64,000 nt of DNA, taken from the NCBI GenBank assembly GCA_963674825.1, contig OY771587.1, forward strand, positions 1,760,001 to 1,824,000, given 5' to 3'. Positions 1 to 11,105 of the stretch are shown here, in pieces. A program made the position numbers and the translations under genes. Numbering within the stretch: the first letter of the stretch is position 1; each line of letters starts with the position of its first letter. Below the pieces are notes generated by a model, which worked only from the letters and a program-made list of their open reading frames with translations, did no database searches and had not been told where the DNA came from. This stretch comes from Candidatus Cloacimonadales bacterium (GTDB lineage Bacteria; Cloacimonadota; Cloacimonadia; Cloacimonadales; JAIOQZ01).

Positions 1-2
1 TC

Positions 3-317
3 ACTTTCCTGCTGGGAAGATACGATACCCCCGGACGCATCAAGATCTCCGAAGCACATCTTCGAGCCAATCCCGAGGACGTCCCGCTTCAGCCCAACGT
101 TATCCTAGCCGCCAACGGCGACCCGGAAGTGGGCAAAGTCTATGCTAAGCTGGCCGAACGGGCTCAATCGCATCGGATCAATACCCGCTTATGGGGCGGA
201 TCTCCCACCTCGATCGCTTATGATCTGGCGGCAGCTTCTCTGAACATCGAGCGTCCGATTTCGTGCTGCGAAGCATGCGGAAACGGTGAAGTAAATGTCT
301 TTACGATCACGGATTAG
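3..317 (+). CDS. 5'-truncated CDS; possible C-terminus of a beta-ketoacyl synthase / chain-length-factor-like protein
   Basis: The frame of ORF 129..317 is open back to base 3 (TFLLGRYDTPGRIKISEAHL...) and overlaps the next gene. The product is guessed mainly from the LolA/DUF3261/MMPL context. Confidence 0.4.
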   Translation, partial: TFLLGRYDTPGRIKISEAHLRANPEDVPLQPNVILAANGDPEVGKVYAKLAERAQSHRINTRLWGGSPTSIAYDLAAASLNIERPISCCEACGNGEVNVFTITD

Positions 318-918
318 CCTGTTCTTTTTAGTGCTTGCCATCTCCACGATGGCGGCCGTTACACCGCAGGAGCTTTTCACCCAATTCCAGCAGAACACTG
401 CCCAACGTGCGGCGTTTATGGCCGATTTCGTGCAAATTCGGCATGTCTCGCTATTTATGGACGAGCTGAAGGCTGAGGGAACCTGTTGGTTCGAAAAGCC
501 ATCGAAGCTGCGCTGGGAAGTGACCAGTCCCTATCACAGTGTGCTGATCTACAGCGAAGGCGACATGGTAAGGCTGGAAGAGCGTGACGGCGAATGGCGC
601 GAGCTCGATTCGGGTGCGAAGGACATGATGAGTGCGGTCATGGAGCAGATTTCCGGCTGGATGCAGGGTGAATTCAATGAAGCCTCCACGATGTACGAAA
701 TCTCATACGCAGAGCCGGTCTTGAAGCTGCAACCGCGCAACGAAGAGCTGCGCAACCTGATCCAGGCGATCGAGCTGACCATCGATACCGCGAAGTGGCG
801 CATCACGAATGTCGTAATCCACGAGAATGAAAGCGACTATGTAAGGATAAATTTCATGGATCAGGTCGATAATCCCAGCCTCGATCCATCCCTTTTCGAT
901 CTCGAAGCTCATGAATAA
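295..918 (+). CDS. LolA-family outer-membrane lipoprotein carrier-like protein
   Basis: Signal peptide, then 'ADFVQIRH...AEGTCWFEKPSKLRWEVTSPY', a LolA-type motif, and C-terminal 'LDPSLF'. Confidence 0.8.
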   Translation: MSLRSRISLFFLVLAISTMAAVTPQELFTQFQQNTAQRAAFMADFVQIRHVSLFMDELKAEGTCWFEKPSKLRWEVTSPYHSVLIYSEGDMVRLEERDGEWRELDSGAKDMMSAVMEQISGWMQGEFNEASTMYEISYAEPVLKLQPRNEELRNLIQAIELTIDTAKWRITNVVIHENESDYVRINFMDQVDNPSLDPSLFDLEAHE

Positions 919-1585
919 GATACTTGCGCTCCTCGCTATCTCCATGCTTCTTTTTTCCTGTACGCAGAGCAAGTTTGTCGCTCCCAAAAGCTACGAGAAT
1001 TCCGACCTGAAGCGAAAATACGTCCAGCAGGTGCAGGGACGTTTTCCTGAGGCATTCACATCCCGTCAACGCATCATCCTGCAGGTGATGGGCAAGGAGT
1101 ACGATTTCATCGGATTTCTGGCGGTTCGTGGCGATTCGATCCGCGCGCTTGCGATGAATGAATTCGGCGGCAAAATCTTCGACATCCTCAGCACGGGCAA
1201 GCAATCGAAGCTACTGACGAATGCGGCGAAACTGCCTGCAAAGCCCATCCTCGACGGCGTAGTGGGCGATCTCCGATTGTGTTTTCATCCGCTTCCCAAG
1301 AGCAGCTTCAAGCTCGGATTGAAGGTGCTGAAACCGGTTCTTACTGGCATCGACGACATCGGTGCCATGCGGCTGTTCGAGTTTCCGGCTGAAGACCGCG
1401 ACACCACGCACATCCAGGAGATCCTAAAAGAACGAAAGCTACGTGAGGTTGATATCCGATTTGAGAACGGTAACCCGAAGACCATCGAGATTGTCAATCA
1501 CAAGTGGCATTACAGCATGCATATAACCATTCTCGATGTTAAGCCGGAAGCTCCGGATGCGAAGCTGTTCGAGATCACACCATGA
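911..1585 (+). CDS. Lipoprotein, DUF3261-like
   Basis: Lipobox LLFSC; 'ALAMNEFGGKIF' and 'IVNHKWHYSMHI' resemble DUF3261; lies between the LolA-like and MMPL genes. Confidence 0.55.
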   Translation: MNKILALLAISMLLFSCTQSKFVAPKSYENSDLKRKYVQQVQGRFPEAFTSRQRIILQVMGKEYDFIGFLAVRGDSIRALAMNEFGGKIFDILSTGKQSKLLTNAAKLPAKPILDGVVGDLRLCFHPLPKSSFKLGLKVLKPVLTGIDDIGAMRLFEFPAEDRDTTHIQEILKERKLREVDIRFENGNPKTIEIVNHKWHYSMHITILDVKPEAPDAKLFEITP

Positions 1586-3930
1586 AGCGTAGCGTACTCT
1601 TTCCGATCCTGATTGTGCTGGTAGCACTGCTAGCGTGGTCGGCGTCCGGAATCCGGTTCGACGAAGATGTCATGAACCTGCTTCCCGACCGCGATCGCGA
1701 GATCGGCAGGCTTCGCAGCCTCTTGCAGCAATTCGGTTTCTCGAATCGTGCGCTCTTTCTCGTAGAATCGGACAGTCCAAATTTTGCGGCAGCCGACAGT
1801 CTCGCCAACCACCTGAAGGAAACGAATCTTTTCACCGATATCCAGGCTCAGTGGAGCTTATTACAGTTGCAGGATGCAATCAAATTCATGCAGGCTCATC
1901 GCGTCGCCATGATGAACGAGAAGGATATGCGGCAGGTGCGTGAGCGATTCGAACGACAGTCCATCGAGCACCGTCTTCTGGCTTGGAAGAAGCAGCTTAC
2001 CCTCTCGTTCGATCCCTTCATGGCACGAACCATGGCGAGCGATCCCTTGGGACTCGATTCTCTCCTGACCGCGAAGCTGCAATCCATGCAATCTTCCGGT
2101 ATCGTTGTGAAAAACGGCTGGCTGATCACACCGCAAGGCAACGGCATCCTCATCACCGCGCAGCCGAAGAGCAGCGGAACCGACCGTACTGCGTCGATCC
2201 AAATGGTGGAGACGATGAATCGCGTGTTGCAGAAGATGCAGCGGCAGTTCCCGGATGTACGTGTACACTGGATTACGGGGCATCGGTTCACCTATGAGAA
2301 CTCCAGCCGCATCCAGCATGATGTCTCGCTGACCGTCACCATATCGCTGATCATGATTGTATTGCTTTCCGTTCTGGCCTATCGCAGGCCCTATTTCATC
2401 CTTCTGACGCTGGTTCCGGCGTTGTTCGGATCGCTTGCGGCGCTGGGCGTCACCAGGCTATTCATCCCCAAAATATCGGCTGTAATCGCGGGTACCGGCG
2501 CTATGCTGATCGGTATTGCGGTCGATTACGGTATCCATATTCTGTATCACATCGATGGCGAAGCGAGTATCGAACGAAGGCGCATCGACGAGCTTGTCCG
2601 GCACTTGAGAAAACCGTTATTCCTTGGCGCGGGAACGACCCTTGCAGCCTTCCTGGCGCTGCAATTCAGCATCCTGCCGGTATATCGACATCTCGGTGTC
2701 TTTGTGGGAATCGGCATCGTCGCGTCGGCGCTGTTCTCGGTCTATGCGCTTCCTCTGCTGGTCAGAACAGGCAGCAAAGTTGCCCGTAAGCCACTTATCG
2801 ACCTCGAGTCCGCTTTCGGCGCGTTCTTCCGGCTATCCAATCGCTTAGGCAGAAGATTGTTGATCCCGGCTGTCTTGATCTCGCTCTTGGTGTTGCCCGG
2901 ATTTCTTCATGTCCGCTTCGAGGGTGATCTGCAATCGTTGAACGCCACCTCGAAGGAACTTGCGCATGACTGGCAATTGATCCAGGATCGCTTCTCCGGC
3001 GTGATGCCCTCGACCCTGGCAGCGTTTTCACGTGAAACATCGCAGCAAGCCCTGGAGGTGAACCAGGTCATGATGGCTTATCTCGATTCGTTGCAAGCAT
3101 CTGGAGACATCCAGTCCTACCGATCAATTGCACCGCTGATGCCTTCAGCGGAAACGCAGAATCGTAATATCCTGCGCTGGCACATGTTCTTTAACGACCG
3201 CGAATTGATGCGTATCCGCGCTGATCTCGAATCGGTGTGCCGGGAGCAACGCATCCGCTACGAGACCTTCGAGCCGTTCCTTGCCTCGCTGGAGAGATCG
3301 AGCCCGTCGTATGGCTTCGAGGATATCGATTCCGCGCTGCTCAAGCAGATGATATCGGGGTATCTGGTGGATGATACGGTGATTACGGGTATCGATGCGG
3401 GTGATGATCCGGGCAGGGTCGAGACGATTCTGCGTGCACGATTCGATGACGTGATGGTCTATAACGGCGAAGTTTTCATCGGCAAGGTGACACGGACAAT
3501 CTATCACGAGCTGGCCAAGATCAGCCTTGCAGCGCTTGTCTGCGTGACGATCGTGATCATGGTTTTTGGCCGCAGGAAAGGCCGTTCGCTGCTGCTGCTC
3601 GTTCCGCTCGTGTTGACGCTCTACTGGACGTTCGGTATTCTCGGTGCGCTGGGGATCGCGGTCAACCTTATCAACTGCATCGTCTCGATATTTATCTTCG
3701 GGCTGGTAATCGATTACTGCATTTTCCTGGCGGAATCAAGCGAGAGCCGCACACGCTCAAGCGGTGCGATTCTGGTATCGGCTCTCACAACCATGTCCGC
3801 ACTGGGTTCTCTCGTGCTGGCCAGTCACCCGGCATTACACTCGCTTGGACTCACCGCGTTGATCGGTATCCTGAGCGGACTTATCGCTGTGTTCCTTCTG
3901 GTGCCGGTGCTTTTCCGTCAATCCGCTTAG
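1582..3930 (+). CDS. MMPL/RND-family lipid exporter
   Basis: 782 aa with two TM bundles, 'GIAVDYGIH' and 'GLVIDYCIF' motifs, and two large periplasmic loops. Confidence 0.85.
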   Translation: MKRSVLFPILIVLVALLAWSASGIRFDEDVMNLLPDRDREIGRLRSLLQQFGFSNRALFLVESDSPNFAAADSLANHLKETNLFTDIQAQWSLLQLQDAIKFMQAHRVAMMNEKDMRQVRERFERQSIEHRLLAWKKQLTLSFDPFMARTMASDPLGLDSLLTAKLQSMQSSGIVVKNGWLITPQGNGILITAQPKSSGTDRTASIQMVETMNRVLQKMQRQFPDVRVHWITGHRFTYENSSRIQHDVSLTVTISLIMIVLLSVLAYRRPYFILLTLVPALFGSLAALGVTRLFIPKISAVIAGTGAMLIGIAVDYGIHILYHIDGEASIERRRIDELVRHLRKPLFLGAGTTLAAFLALQFSILPVYRHLGVFVGIGIVASALFSVYALPLLVRTGSKVARKPLIDLESAFGAFFRLSNRLGRRLLIPAVLISLLVLPGFLHVRFEGDLQSLNATSKELAHDWQLIQDRFSGVMPSTLAAFSRETSQQALEVNQVMMAYLDSLQASGDIQSYRSIAPLMPSAETQNRNILRWHMFFNDRELMRIRADLESVCREQRIRYETFEPFLASLERSSPSYGFEDIDSALLKQMISGYLVDDTVITGIDAGDDPGRVETILRARFDDVMVYNGEVFIGKVTRTIYHELAKISLAALVCVTIVIMVFGRRKGRSLLLLVPLVLTLYWTFGILGALGIAVNLINCIVSIFIFGLVIDYCIFLAESSESRTRSSGAILVSALTTMSALGSLVLASHPALHSLGLTALIGILSGLIAVFLLVPVLFRQSA

Positions 3931-5168
3931 AACTGCGTTACGGCCATTGGTGGTTTCGTCTCCACGAACAGCCTTCTGAGAATCTCGTCCGACTTTCCGC
4001 TTTGCTTGCCGCATAGGCCATATTCCAGGCACTGATCCAACGTAATCGATCCGATCATAAGCGATGAAAAGCTCTGTACGCTCATCTCGATTGTTGCATC
4101 GACACCGCGTTCTTTCGAGATCGCGGGAACACCTTTCTCCCAACGGATCGTGAAGCGGGTTTTGGCCTTGGGCAGGAAGTCGTCCTCGATGCGGAATCGA
4201 ACAGCGCAATCGACTTCGTTCCAGGGACGTTCCAAAATGGCCTTAGGTGCGTCGAGTACACGGTACATGAAGCCCATACCGGTCTGGTAGGTCTCATGGT
4301 AAACAGGCATCACCAGTTCGCGGCTGGTGTGCCGCGGATCGGCCATGAGGTGCAGCATGCTGTCGTCGAACAGAGGTAACTGAAACTCGTTGACCTGATC
4401 GAGCTGCGACTGCATGAGGCCCAGCATTCCCTTGAGCGCTTCGGTGTTCTCATAGAGCAGCTCGAAGGCTCTGGCGTTATTGGTTAGCGGGTTCTTTCCA
4501 ACCTTCTCGAAGTTGAAGATGCAATAACCGGTAAGTTTGCGTCCCTTGCGGTAGCCGATCCAGCGGATAACAGGATTTTTCAGGTCTTTCTCAAAGTCTG
4601 CTTTCTGTTTCCTGATCATGCCGTGACGCTGCTCCAGGATTCGTTCATAGCAGCCTTGAACAGCCTGAAGATTGTCGATCGAGAGGAATTCTACGTTTTT
4701 ACGCAGATCAGACGCGGGAAGCTGCTCGGGCTTGAGCTTGAAGAAGCGCAAAATGATTCCGTGACCGTAGCCCATCTTATAGTAGAAATCGGGACGGAAG
4801 GGGTAGAGGATCGAGAAGGATACGCCCTTTTTCTGACCGTGTTCGTGAAACCAGCTCAGCAGATCGCGTGCGACTTTCTGTTTCTTGTGCAGCAAATCGA
4901 CCGCGACCAGGCCTATTCCCACGGTGGGGATGATCTTGCCGTGGTAGTTCATCTCGAAATCGAAGATGCGCATACCGCCCAGTAGTTCATTATCTTCGAA
5001 GAGAGCATAGATCTGTTTGTGTGGGTATTCATGCTGCTCTTTGATCAGCATCTCGCGGAAACGTCTGCGCTTTTCCGGTTCGTCGATTGTCCAGCCTGGA
5101 TAGGCGTTGCGGCTGATTCCCTCGAATTGCTCTATCTCGCTATCGACCAGTTTGCGTATCTCTCTCAT
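3927..5168 (-). CDS. Eis-like GNAT acetyltransferase with SCP2-like C-terminal domain
   Basis: 'GIGLVAVDLLHKKQKVARDLL', 'SILYPFRPDFYYKMGYG', 'MYRVLD', 'IEDDFLP'. Confidence 0.85.
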   Translation of the reverse strand: MREIRKLVDSEIEQFEGISRNAYPGWTIDEPEKRRRFREMLIKEQHEYPHKQIYALFEDNELLGGMRIFDFEMNYHGKIIPTVGIGLVAVDLLHKKQKVARDLLSWFHEHGQKKGVSFSILYPFRPDFYYKMGYGHGIILRFFKLKPEQLPASDLRKNVEFLSIDNLQAVQGCYERILEQRHGMIRKQKADFEKDLKNPVIRWIGYRKGRKLTGYCIFNFEKVGKNPLTNNARAFELLYENTEALKGMLGLMQSQLDQVNEFQLPLFDDSMLHLMADPRHTSRELVMPVYHETYQTGMGFMYRVLDAPKAILERPWNEVDCAVRFRIEDDFLPKAKTRFTIRWEKGVPAISKERGVDATIEMSVQSFSSLMIGSITLDQCLEYGLCGKQSGKSDEILRRLFVETKPPMAVTQF

Positions 5169-5263
5169 GTTGCTACCGTCCTTTTGTTGATGCCCTGTTC
5201 CGTGTTGAGAGAAATCTACGCTTCCGGTCGATGGCTGTAAAGAACTTTTTCGGATAGCTGCAA

Positions 5264-6789
5264 CTACTTCATCATGATCATCTTTCTCACGAAAGAATGA
5301 CCGGCGCTTGTCATACGATAGAAATAGACGCCGCTGGAAGCCTCTTTTCCTGATAAATCTTTTCCATCCCAGATGACTTCATGTACGCCGGCAGGCTGCA
5401 TTGATTCGACAAGCTTGCGAACCATCCGTCCTCTCAGGTCGTAAATTGTGATTTCGACCGGCCCATCCTGGTTGAGCGAATAGATAATCGTCGTGGTCGG
5501 ATTGAACGGATTCGGATAGTTGGAAAGGAGATTCGTAGCGCTTGGCGGAATATCATCGTCGTTGGTCGGAGTCGATTCGACGGTGATCAGGAACGTATCG
5601 CTGCATGAATCGACGCCGTCACTGGCAATTACGGTTACCTCCGTCTGGCCGGACCAGTCTTGCTGGCAATTGATCCAGAGCGCGTCGCCGTCAAGTTGCA
5701 GATTGATGTCTTGGGTGTTGTAGTCGATCGAATAGGAGAGCTGATCCGCGTCGTCATCGGCGAAATATGCGGTCAGATCCAGATCGACAGCCGGGCAATT
5801 GATCTCCAGTGTGAGATCTTCGAAGGGCTGGTAAATGTAGGGCTCGCCATCACGGTCGATGATCGAAATACCTGTTGTCGCATGGCGTTCCGGAGCGTTC
5901 CAGTCTTCGTAGGCATAGGTCGATTCCACAAGCAAGCCTTCTCCGATGACAATGGAAAAGTCAGTTTCTGGAGCTTCTACATCATATTTTTCCAACTATC
6001 ATCTCCCCAACGAACTACCGACGTCACACCTTCGCCGATATCTGTGGCAAGCTCGCTGGCAAGCGTCAGGTCGCTACGATTCATGGGGACAGTCAATGGC
6101 GTATACGTATTCGCTGCAATATTATAGCTGAATGGTTCAAATATAACGCCATGCGTAATCCAGGTCACATCATATTCTTCTTCGTTCACTACCATTAGAG
6201 AAGCACCAACTTGCAGCTCAAAATCCGTTGAGGGAAATCCTTTAATATAATGTTGCCACCCATATTCCCATGTGGAGATGCATATATTGCCTTCATCAAT
6301 ATCTTCCGCGAGATCGGAAGCGTAAACAAAATCGTTTTCGAACGGAAGCGAGATAAGGCTCATATTGTTCGCCTCAATTACAAACCGATACGAGCCGCAA
6401 ATTTGGCTGGGATCACTGTCCTCACCATTCTGGTATGCGACCACGGTGAAGAATTTCATCTGGTACTCGTCGATAGCGGGATAGACAAACTCATTGTTGG
6501 CGATCATCGCTTTCAGGACATACGGCCCATACGGGAAGATAGATGTATAGAGCTTGTAGTGCGTTGCACCGGATACTTCATCCCATGAAAGGAGCGCACT
6601 ATTGTCCTGAACATCGATCGAAATCCCGGCAGGAGGATTGATCAAAGGCTCGCTAGTGCCACGATCTTTCACGACAGGAAAGCCGCTATCGTTGATTCTT
6701 TCGATATAGAAAGAATTGGAATTCTCGAGCGCGACTATGCAGTTGGTCACTGCCAGTATAAAAAGAAATACCAGTACAGCGAGTCTCAT
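5264..6789 (-). pseudogene. Secreted protein with FlgD/Por-type C-terminal tail, split by a 1-base frameshift (ORFs 5977..6789 and 5264..5995)
   Basis: The upstream ORF has the signal peptide and the downstream ORF has the 'NYPNPFNPTTTI...GVYFYRM' tail. One extra base in the T5 run at 5987-5991 fuses them and restores an internal repeat. Confidence 0.7.
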
Positions 6790-7162
6790 GTCAATCTCCT
6801 ATAACGTATTACCTGAAGCGGTTGAAACTGTTCTTAGTCAGAACCCAACGTCAGATATAAATCTAGGTCATCTTAAGGATGATTCATTAGTTTGTAAATC
6901 TTTTTATTGAGGGGAATAACATTAAATGTTGGAAATCATGTGAGGTGGAGAACATTTTCCTTGCAAAGAAAAACGAAATGGTCTCTTTGAGTTCAGACGC
7001 ATGGAAAAGTATGAAATTAGGCATGTGGTTTTTCTGCGTGAAAATATTTCATACTGTGAAATAAATTTCTTGGAATAAATGAAAATTCCGATATATTGTA
7101 TCGTGAATGGGTGACTCGAAAGATGAAGCTCCACTGAATTGCAATGTAAGGAAATTAGATAA

Positions 7163-7954
7163 ATGCCAGAACTGCCGGAAGTTGAGACAATCGCGCGGGG
7201 ATTGAGAGAGAGAATCATCGGGCGTGAACTGGAACGAATCGAATCGTACCGCGAGGGAACGATTCGGAGCGATCGGACCCAATGCAGCGGAACAGTCGAG
7301 CGGATCGACCGGCGTGGGAAGTATATCCTTATCCGGCTTTCGAGCGAGACGACGATTACGGTACATCTGGGTATGACAGGAAAGCTTGTTTTCGCCGATT
7401 CGCTTCCGAAAGATAACCCTCATCTGCGCGCAAGCATACATTTTCGGGATGGTAGTCTGGTGCTGTTTATCGATCCTCGAACCTTCGGATATCTTTTCGT
7501 CGGTCTTACAGGCAGTGATATCAATGGGGTAGGCAATTTAGGGCCTGAACCACTGAGTAAATCGTTTGACAGGAAACATCTTCGTGCCATATTTTCGAAA
7601 AGGAAAGCGCCCGTGAAGAACCTGCTGATGAATCAGCAATTGATCGCGGGTTTAGGTAATATCTACGCTTGCGAAGCGTTATTCCATAGTGGGATTCATC
7701 CGGAAAGGCCGGCATACAGTCTGACGGATGCAGAGATCGGCAAGCTGGTCAAGGCGATCAGGGATGTGCTGAATGAAGCGCTCGAAAAGAACGGAACCAG
7801 CATCTCCGATTTCAGGAGCGTGGAAGACAAAACCGGTGAATTCCAGGATTTCCTGCGGGTTTACGGCAAAAAGAGCTGCAAATGCGGGACAGGGATTCAA
7901 CGGATCCGGCAGGCGGGGCGCTCGACATATTTCTGCCCGAAATGTCAAAAATGA
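7163..7954 (+). CDS. mutM: Formamidopyrimidine-DNA glycosylase
   Basis: N-terminal MPELPEVE, RRGKY, HLGMTG, GLGNIYACE, and C-terminal zinc finger 'RSTYFCPKCQ'. Confidence 0.97.
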   Translation: MPELPEVETIARGLRERIIGRELERIESYREGTIRSDRTQCSGTVERIDRRGKYILIRLSSETTITVHLGMTGKLVFADSLPKDNPHLRASIHFRDGSLVLFIDPRTFGYLFVGLTGSDINGVGNLGPEPLSKSFDRKHLRAIFSKRKAPVKNLLMNQQLIAGLGNIYACEALFHSGIHPERPAYSLTDAEIGKLVKAIRDVLNEALEKNGTSISDFRSVEDKTGEFQDFLRVYGKKSCKCGTGIQRIRQAGRSTYFCPKCQK

Positions 7955-7968
7955 GAAAGGAGCTATAA

Positions 7969-9144
7969 ATGAAGGCTGTAAAAATCAAAGAAGGAATCTA
8001 TTGGGTTGGTGTGGTCGACTGGGATCTGCGGAATTTCCATGGCTACCTTACGCAACGTGGATCTACATACAACGCATATCTGATTATCGACGAAAAGATC
8101 ACCCTCATCGACAATGTTAAATACTATCTCGCAGACGAATTGCTGGCTCGCATCAGCAGCGTCATTGATCCTTCCAAGATCGACATCATTGTCCAAAATC
8201 ACATCGAGATGGATCACTCCAGCTCGCTACCGATGGTCAAGAAAGTAGCTCCCAATGCAAAGATTTACGCCTCTCCGAAAGGCGTGGAAGGTCTTCCCAA
8301 GCACTATAAAGCGGATTGGGAATATGTCACCGTCAAGACAGGTGACACCCTCAACCTCGGAAAACGCACTTTGCATTTCGTACAGACTCCGATGGTCCAC
8401 TGGCCGGACAACATGGTTTCCTACTGCCCGGAAGAGAGAATCCTTTTCTCAAACGACGCATTCGGCCAGCACATTGCATCGTCGGAACGCTTCGACGACG
8501 AATATCCCTTCAACATCGTCATGGAAGAAGCGATGAAATACTATGCCAACATCGTCCTTCCCTACGGCAAGCAGGTTCAGAAAGCACTGGAGGTGGTCGG
8601 CGGACTCGATATCGATACCATTTGCCCGAGCCACGGTATTATCTGGCGCAAGTACATCCCGCAGATCGTTGAGAAGTACGTGAAATGGTCTGCAAACAAA
8701 ACCGACGACAAAGCTTTGATCATTTACGACACCATGTGGAAATCGACGGAAACGATGGCGAAAGCGATCCAGTCTGTGTTCGAAGATGCTGGAATCCACA
8801 TTTGCATGTGCAATCTTCAACACAACCATATCTCGGATATCATGACGCACCTGACCACCGCGAAATACATCTGCGTCGGCTCGCCTACGCTGAATAACAA
8901 CATGCTACCAACCGTCGCCGCCTTCCTCACTTACATGAAGGGACTGGCACCGAAGGATCGCTATGGCATGGCGTTCGGATCGTATGGATGGGGTGGGCAG
9001 AGCATCGGCCTCGTGCACGATGTCCTGGAATCCTGCGGATTCAAGATGATGGATATGCAACGTCTCCAGTACATCCCGGACGAAAAAGCGCTGGAAGAAA
9101 TGAAACAGAAGATCCGCGAGAGTTTGAACGAAACTCGCGCGTAA
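7969..9144 (+). CDS. fprA: Flavodiiron protein (FprA/NorV type)
   Basis: 'GSTYNAYLI', 'HIEMDHSS', 'HWPDNM', 'FSNDAFGQH', plus flavodoxin domain 'FGSYGWGG'. Confidence 0.93.
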   Translation: MKAVKIKEGIYWVGVVDWDLRNFHGYLTQRGSTYNAYLIIDEKITLIDNVKYYLADELLARISSVIDPSKIDIIVQNHIEMDHSSSLPMVKKVAPNAKIYASPKGVEGLPKHYKADWEYVTVKTGDTLNLGKRTLHFVQTPMVHWPDNMVSYCPEERILFSNDAFGQHIASSERFDDEYPFNIVMEEAMKYYANIVLPYGKQVQKALEVVGGLDIDTICPSHGIIWRKYIPQIVEKYVKWSANKTDDKALIIYDTMWKSTETMAKAIQSVFEDAGIHICMCNLQHNHISDIMTHLTTAKYICVGSPTLNNNMLPTVAAFLTYMKGLAPKDRYGMAFGSYGWGGQSIGLVHDVLESCGFKMMDMQRLQYIPDEKALEEMKQKIRESLNETRA

Positions 9145-9199
9145 TATATCGTGTAATAACGTGTTGAAACAATAAAAGGATAAGACAGAAGGAGGAAAC

Positions 9200-9709
9200 A
9201 TGATTTCCGAAAAACTGCAAGATGCAATAAACGTACAGATCAACAAGGAACTGTATTCGGAGTACTTATACTTCTCGATGGCCGCCTGGTTTTCTTCGAT
9301 GAATCTCACGGGATTTGAGAACTTTTTCATCGTGCAGGCGCAGGAAGAACATTTTCATGTCATGAAATTCTACAACTACCTCAACGAACGTGGTGGCCGT
9401 GTAATCCTGGACAAGATCGAGAAGCCGCAGGTCGATTTCGATTCCGCGGAGGAGATCTTCGATCTCTCCCTGAAGCACGAGCAGTTCATCACCAAGTCGA
9501 TCAACGAGCTGATGGATGTGGCGATCGCCGAGAACGACCATGCCGCACGCAGCTTCCTGAACTGGTATGTTGACGAGCAAGTGGAGGAGGAGAGCTCGAT
9601 GGAGAATATCCTCAGCCAGCTCAAGATTATCGATGGCAAAGGCCACGGCATGCTTATGCTGGATCGTGAGCTTGCAGCCAGAGTCTATACTCCGCCGACA
9701 ACAGCTTAG
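9200..9709 (+). CDS. ftnA: Non-heme ferritin
   Basis: 'QINKELYSEYLY', 'QAQEEHFH', 'WYVDEQVEEE'; RBS aggagg upstream. Confidence 0.93.
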   Translation: MISEKLQDAINVQINKELYSEYLYFSMAAWFSSMNLTGFENFFIVQAQEEHFHVMKFYNYLNERGGRVILDKIEKPQVDFDSAEEIFDLSLKHEQFITKSINELMDVAIAENDHAARSFLNWYVDEQVEEESSMENILSQLKIIDGKGHGMLMLDRELAARVYTPPTTA

Positions 9710-9751
9710 TAACCAATCGAGTCTGCTCGATACAAACATAGGAGATAGCTT

Positions 9752-10138
9752 ATGACACAGCTTAGAGATATTTATTACTGCGAAGTATGCGGTAATGTAG
9801 TAGCGATTCGCAACGAAGGCGCGGAAGCGCTTGTCTGCTGCGGACAGCCGATGAAGAAACTGGAAGAGCAATCGCAAGACGCCAGCACTGAAAAGCACGT
9901 CCCGTACGTGAAAGAAGTAGAAGGTGGCGTTCTGGTAAAGGTTGGCAAGGAAACCGCGCACCCGATGCTCGAAAAACACTATATCAAGTTCATCGAAGTT
10001 CAGCTGAAAGACCGCGTATGCGTCGCGGAACTGAAGCCGGGCGACGCTCCCGAAGCGTTCTTCCCTGTGAAGAAAGCCGACATCATCAAGGCGCGCGAGT
10101 GGTGCAACGTCCACGGTCTCTGGAAATACGAAATCTAA
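9752..10138 (+). CDS. dfx: Desulfoferrodoxin (2Fe superoxide reductase)
   Basis: 'YCEVCGNVV...LVCCGQPM', 'EKHVP', 'HPM..KHYI', 'CNVHGLW'. Confidence 0.93.
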   Translation: MTQLRDIYYCEVCGNVVAIRNEGAEALVCCGQPMKKLEEQSQDASTEKHVPYVKEVEGGVLVKVGKETAHPMLEKHYIKFIEVQLKDRVCVAELKPGDAPEAFFPVKKADIIKAREWCNVHGLWKYEI

Positions 10139-10161
10139 AGAATATAGAAGGAGAAAGTTGG

Positions 10162-10749
10162 ATGGAATTCAAGAATTCAAAAACTGCTGAAAATTTGATG
10201 AAAGCGTTTGCAGGTGAGTCACAGGCTCGCATGCGCTACACGTACTACGCAAAAGCCGCGGAGAAAGAAGGTTTTCTGCAAATTGCGAATATCTTCATCG
10301 AAACGGCAGAGAACGAGAAAGAACACGCCAAGCTGTTCTTCAAAAAGCTGATCGAGCACGGTCTTAACGGTGACGGTGTCGTAATCAACGGCGCTGGTTA
10401 TCCTGTTGGCCTCGACGACACGATGAAGAATCTGGAATGGGCCGCGAACGGCGAGAACGAGGAATGGACAGACCTCTATCCTACATTCGCGAAAATCGCG
10501 GAAGAGGAAGGCTTCAAGGATGTCGCATCCGTTTTCCGTCTTGTCGCGCAGGTTGAGGTTCGTCACGAAAATCGCTTCCGCAAACTGCTGGCGAACGTGA
10601 AGAATCACGAGGTTTTCAAGAAAGACGGCAAAGTCTTCTGGAAATGCCTCAACTGCGGTCATATCGTCGAATCGATCGAAGCACCGGAAAAATGCCCGGT
10701 TTGCTTGCATCCCAAGAAATACTTCGAAGTTTGGATCGAGAATTATTGA
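10162..10749 (+). CDS. rbr: Rubrerythrin
   Basis: Start [12 protein letters not shown] after RBS aaggag; 'AFAGESQA', 'NEKEHA', and C-terminal 'CLNCG...CPVCLHP'. Confidence 0.93.
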   Translation: MEFKNSKTAENLMKAFAGESQARMRYTYYAKAAEKEGFLQIANIFIETAENEKEHAKLFFKKLIEHGLNGDGVVINGAGYPVGLDDTMKNLEWAANGENEEWTDLYPTFAKIAEEEGFKDVASVFRLVAQVEVRHENRFRKLLANVKNHEVFKKDGKVFWKCLNCGHIVESIEAPEKCPVCLHPKKYFEVWIENY

Positions 10750-10779
10750 TCCGGCTCGAGAAATACAGGAGGAACCAAG

Positions 10780-10917
10780 ATGAAATACGTATGTGACGCT
10801 TGTGGATACATCTACGATCCCGAAGAAAACGACAATGTTCAGTTCGCTGACCTTCCCGAAGACTGGGTATGCCCGGAATGCGGCGTTGGCAAGGACATGT
10901 TTAGTCCGCTGGACTAA
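10780..10917 (+). CDS. rub: Rubredoxin (45 aa, not in the ORF track)
   Basis: Translated by hand: [48 protein letters not shown] aggagg. Confidence 0.95.
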   Translation: MKYVCDACGYIYDPEENDNVQFADLPEDWVCPECGVGKDMFSPLD

Positions 10918-10927
10918 GTAAGCTATC

Positions 10928-10962
10928 AGCAGCCGTCGGTGAGAGCCGGCGGCTGTTCTTTT
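10928..10962 (+). terminator. Rho-independent terminator of the oxidative-stress operon
   Basis: Hairpin gcagccgtcgg/ccggcggctgt followed by a T-tract. Confidence 0.7.
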
Positions 10963-11105
10963 CAATTGGTTCACGGGCATCCCTGCCTGCATTCACAACA
11001 AAAATATATTTACAGAAATGGCTTACGTGCTGAGATAGATTCCGATCTCTGAGATGCTATTACAAAATTGAATTGATAAGACGAACAATAAAGGAGAAGA
11101 AACCT

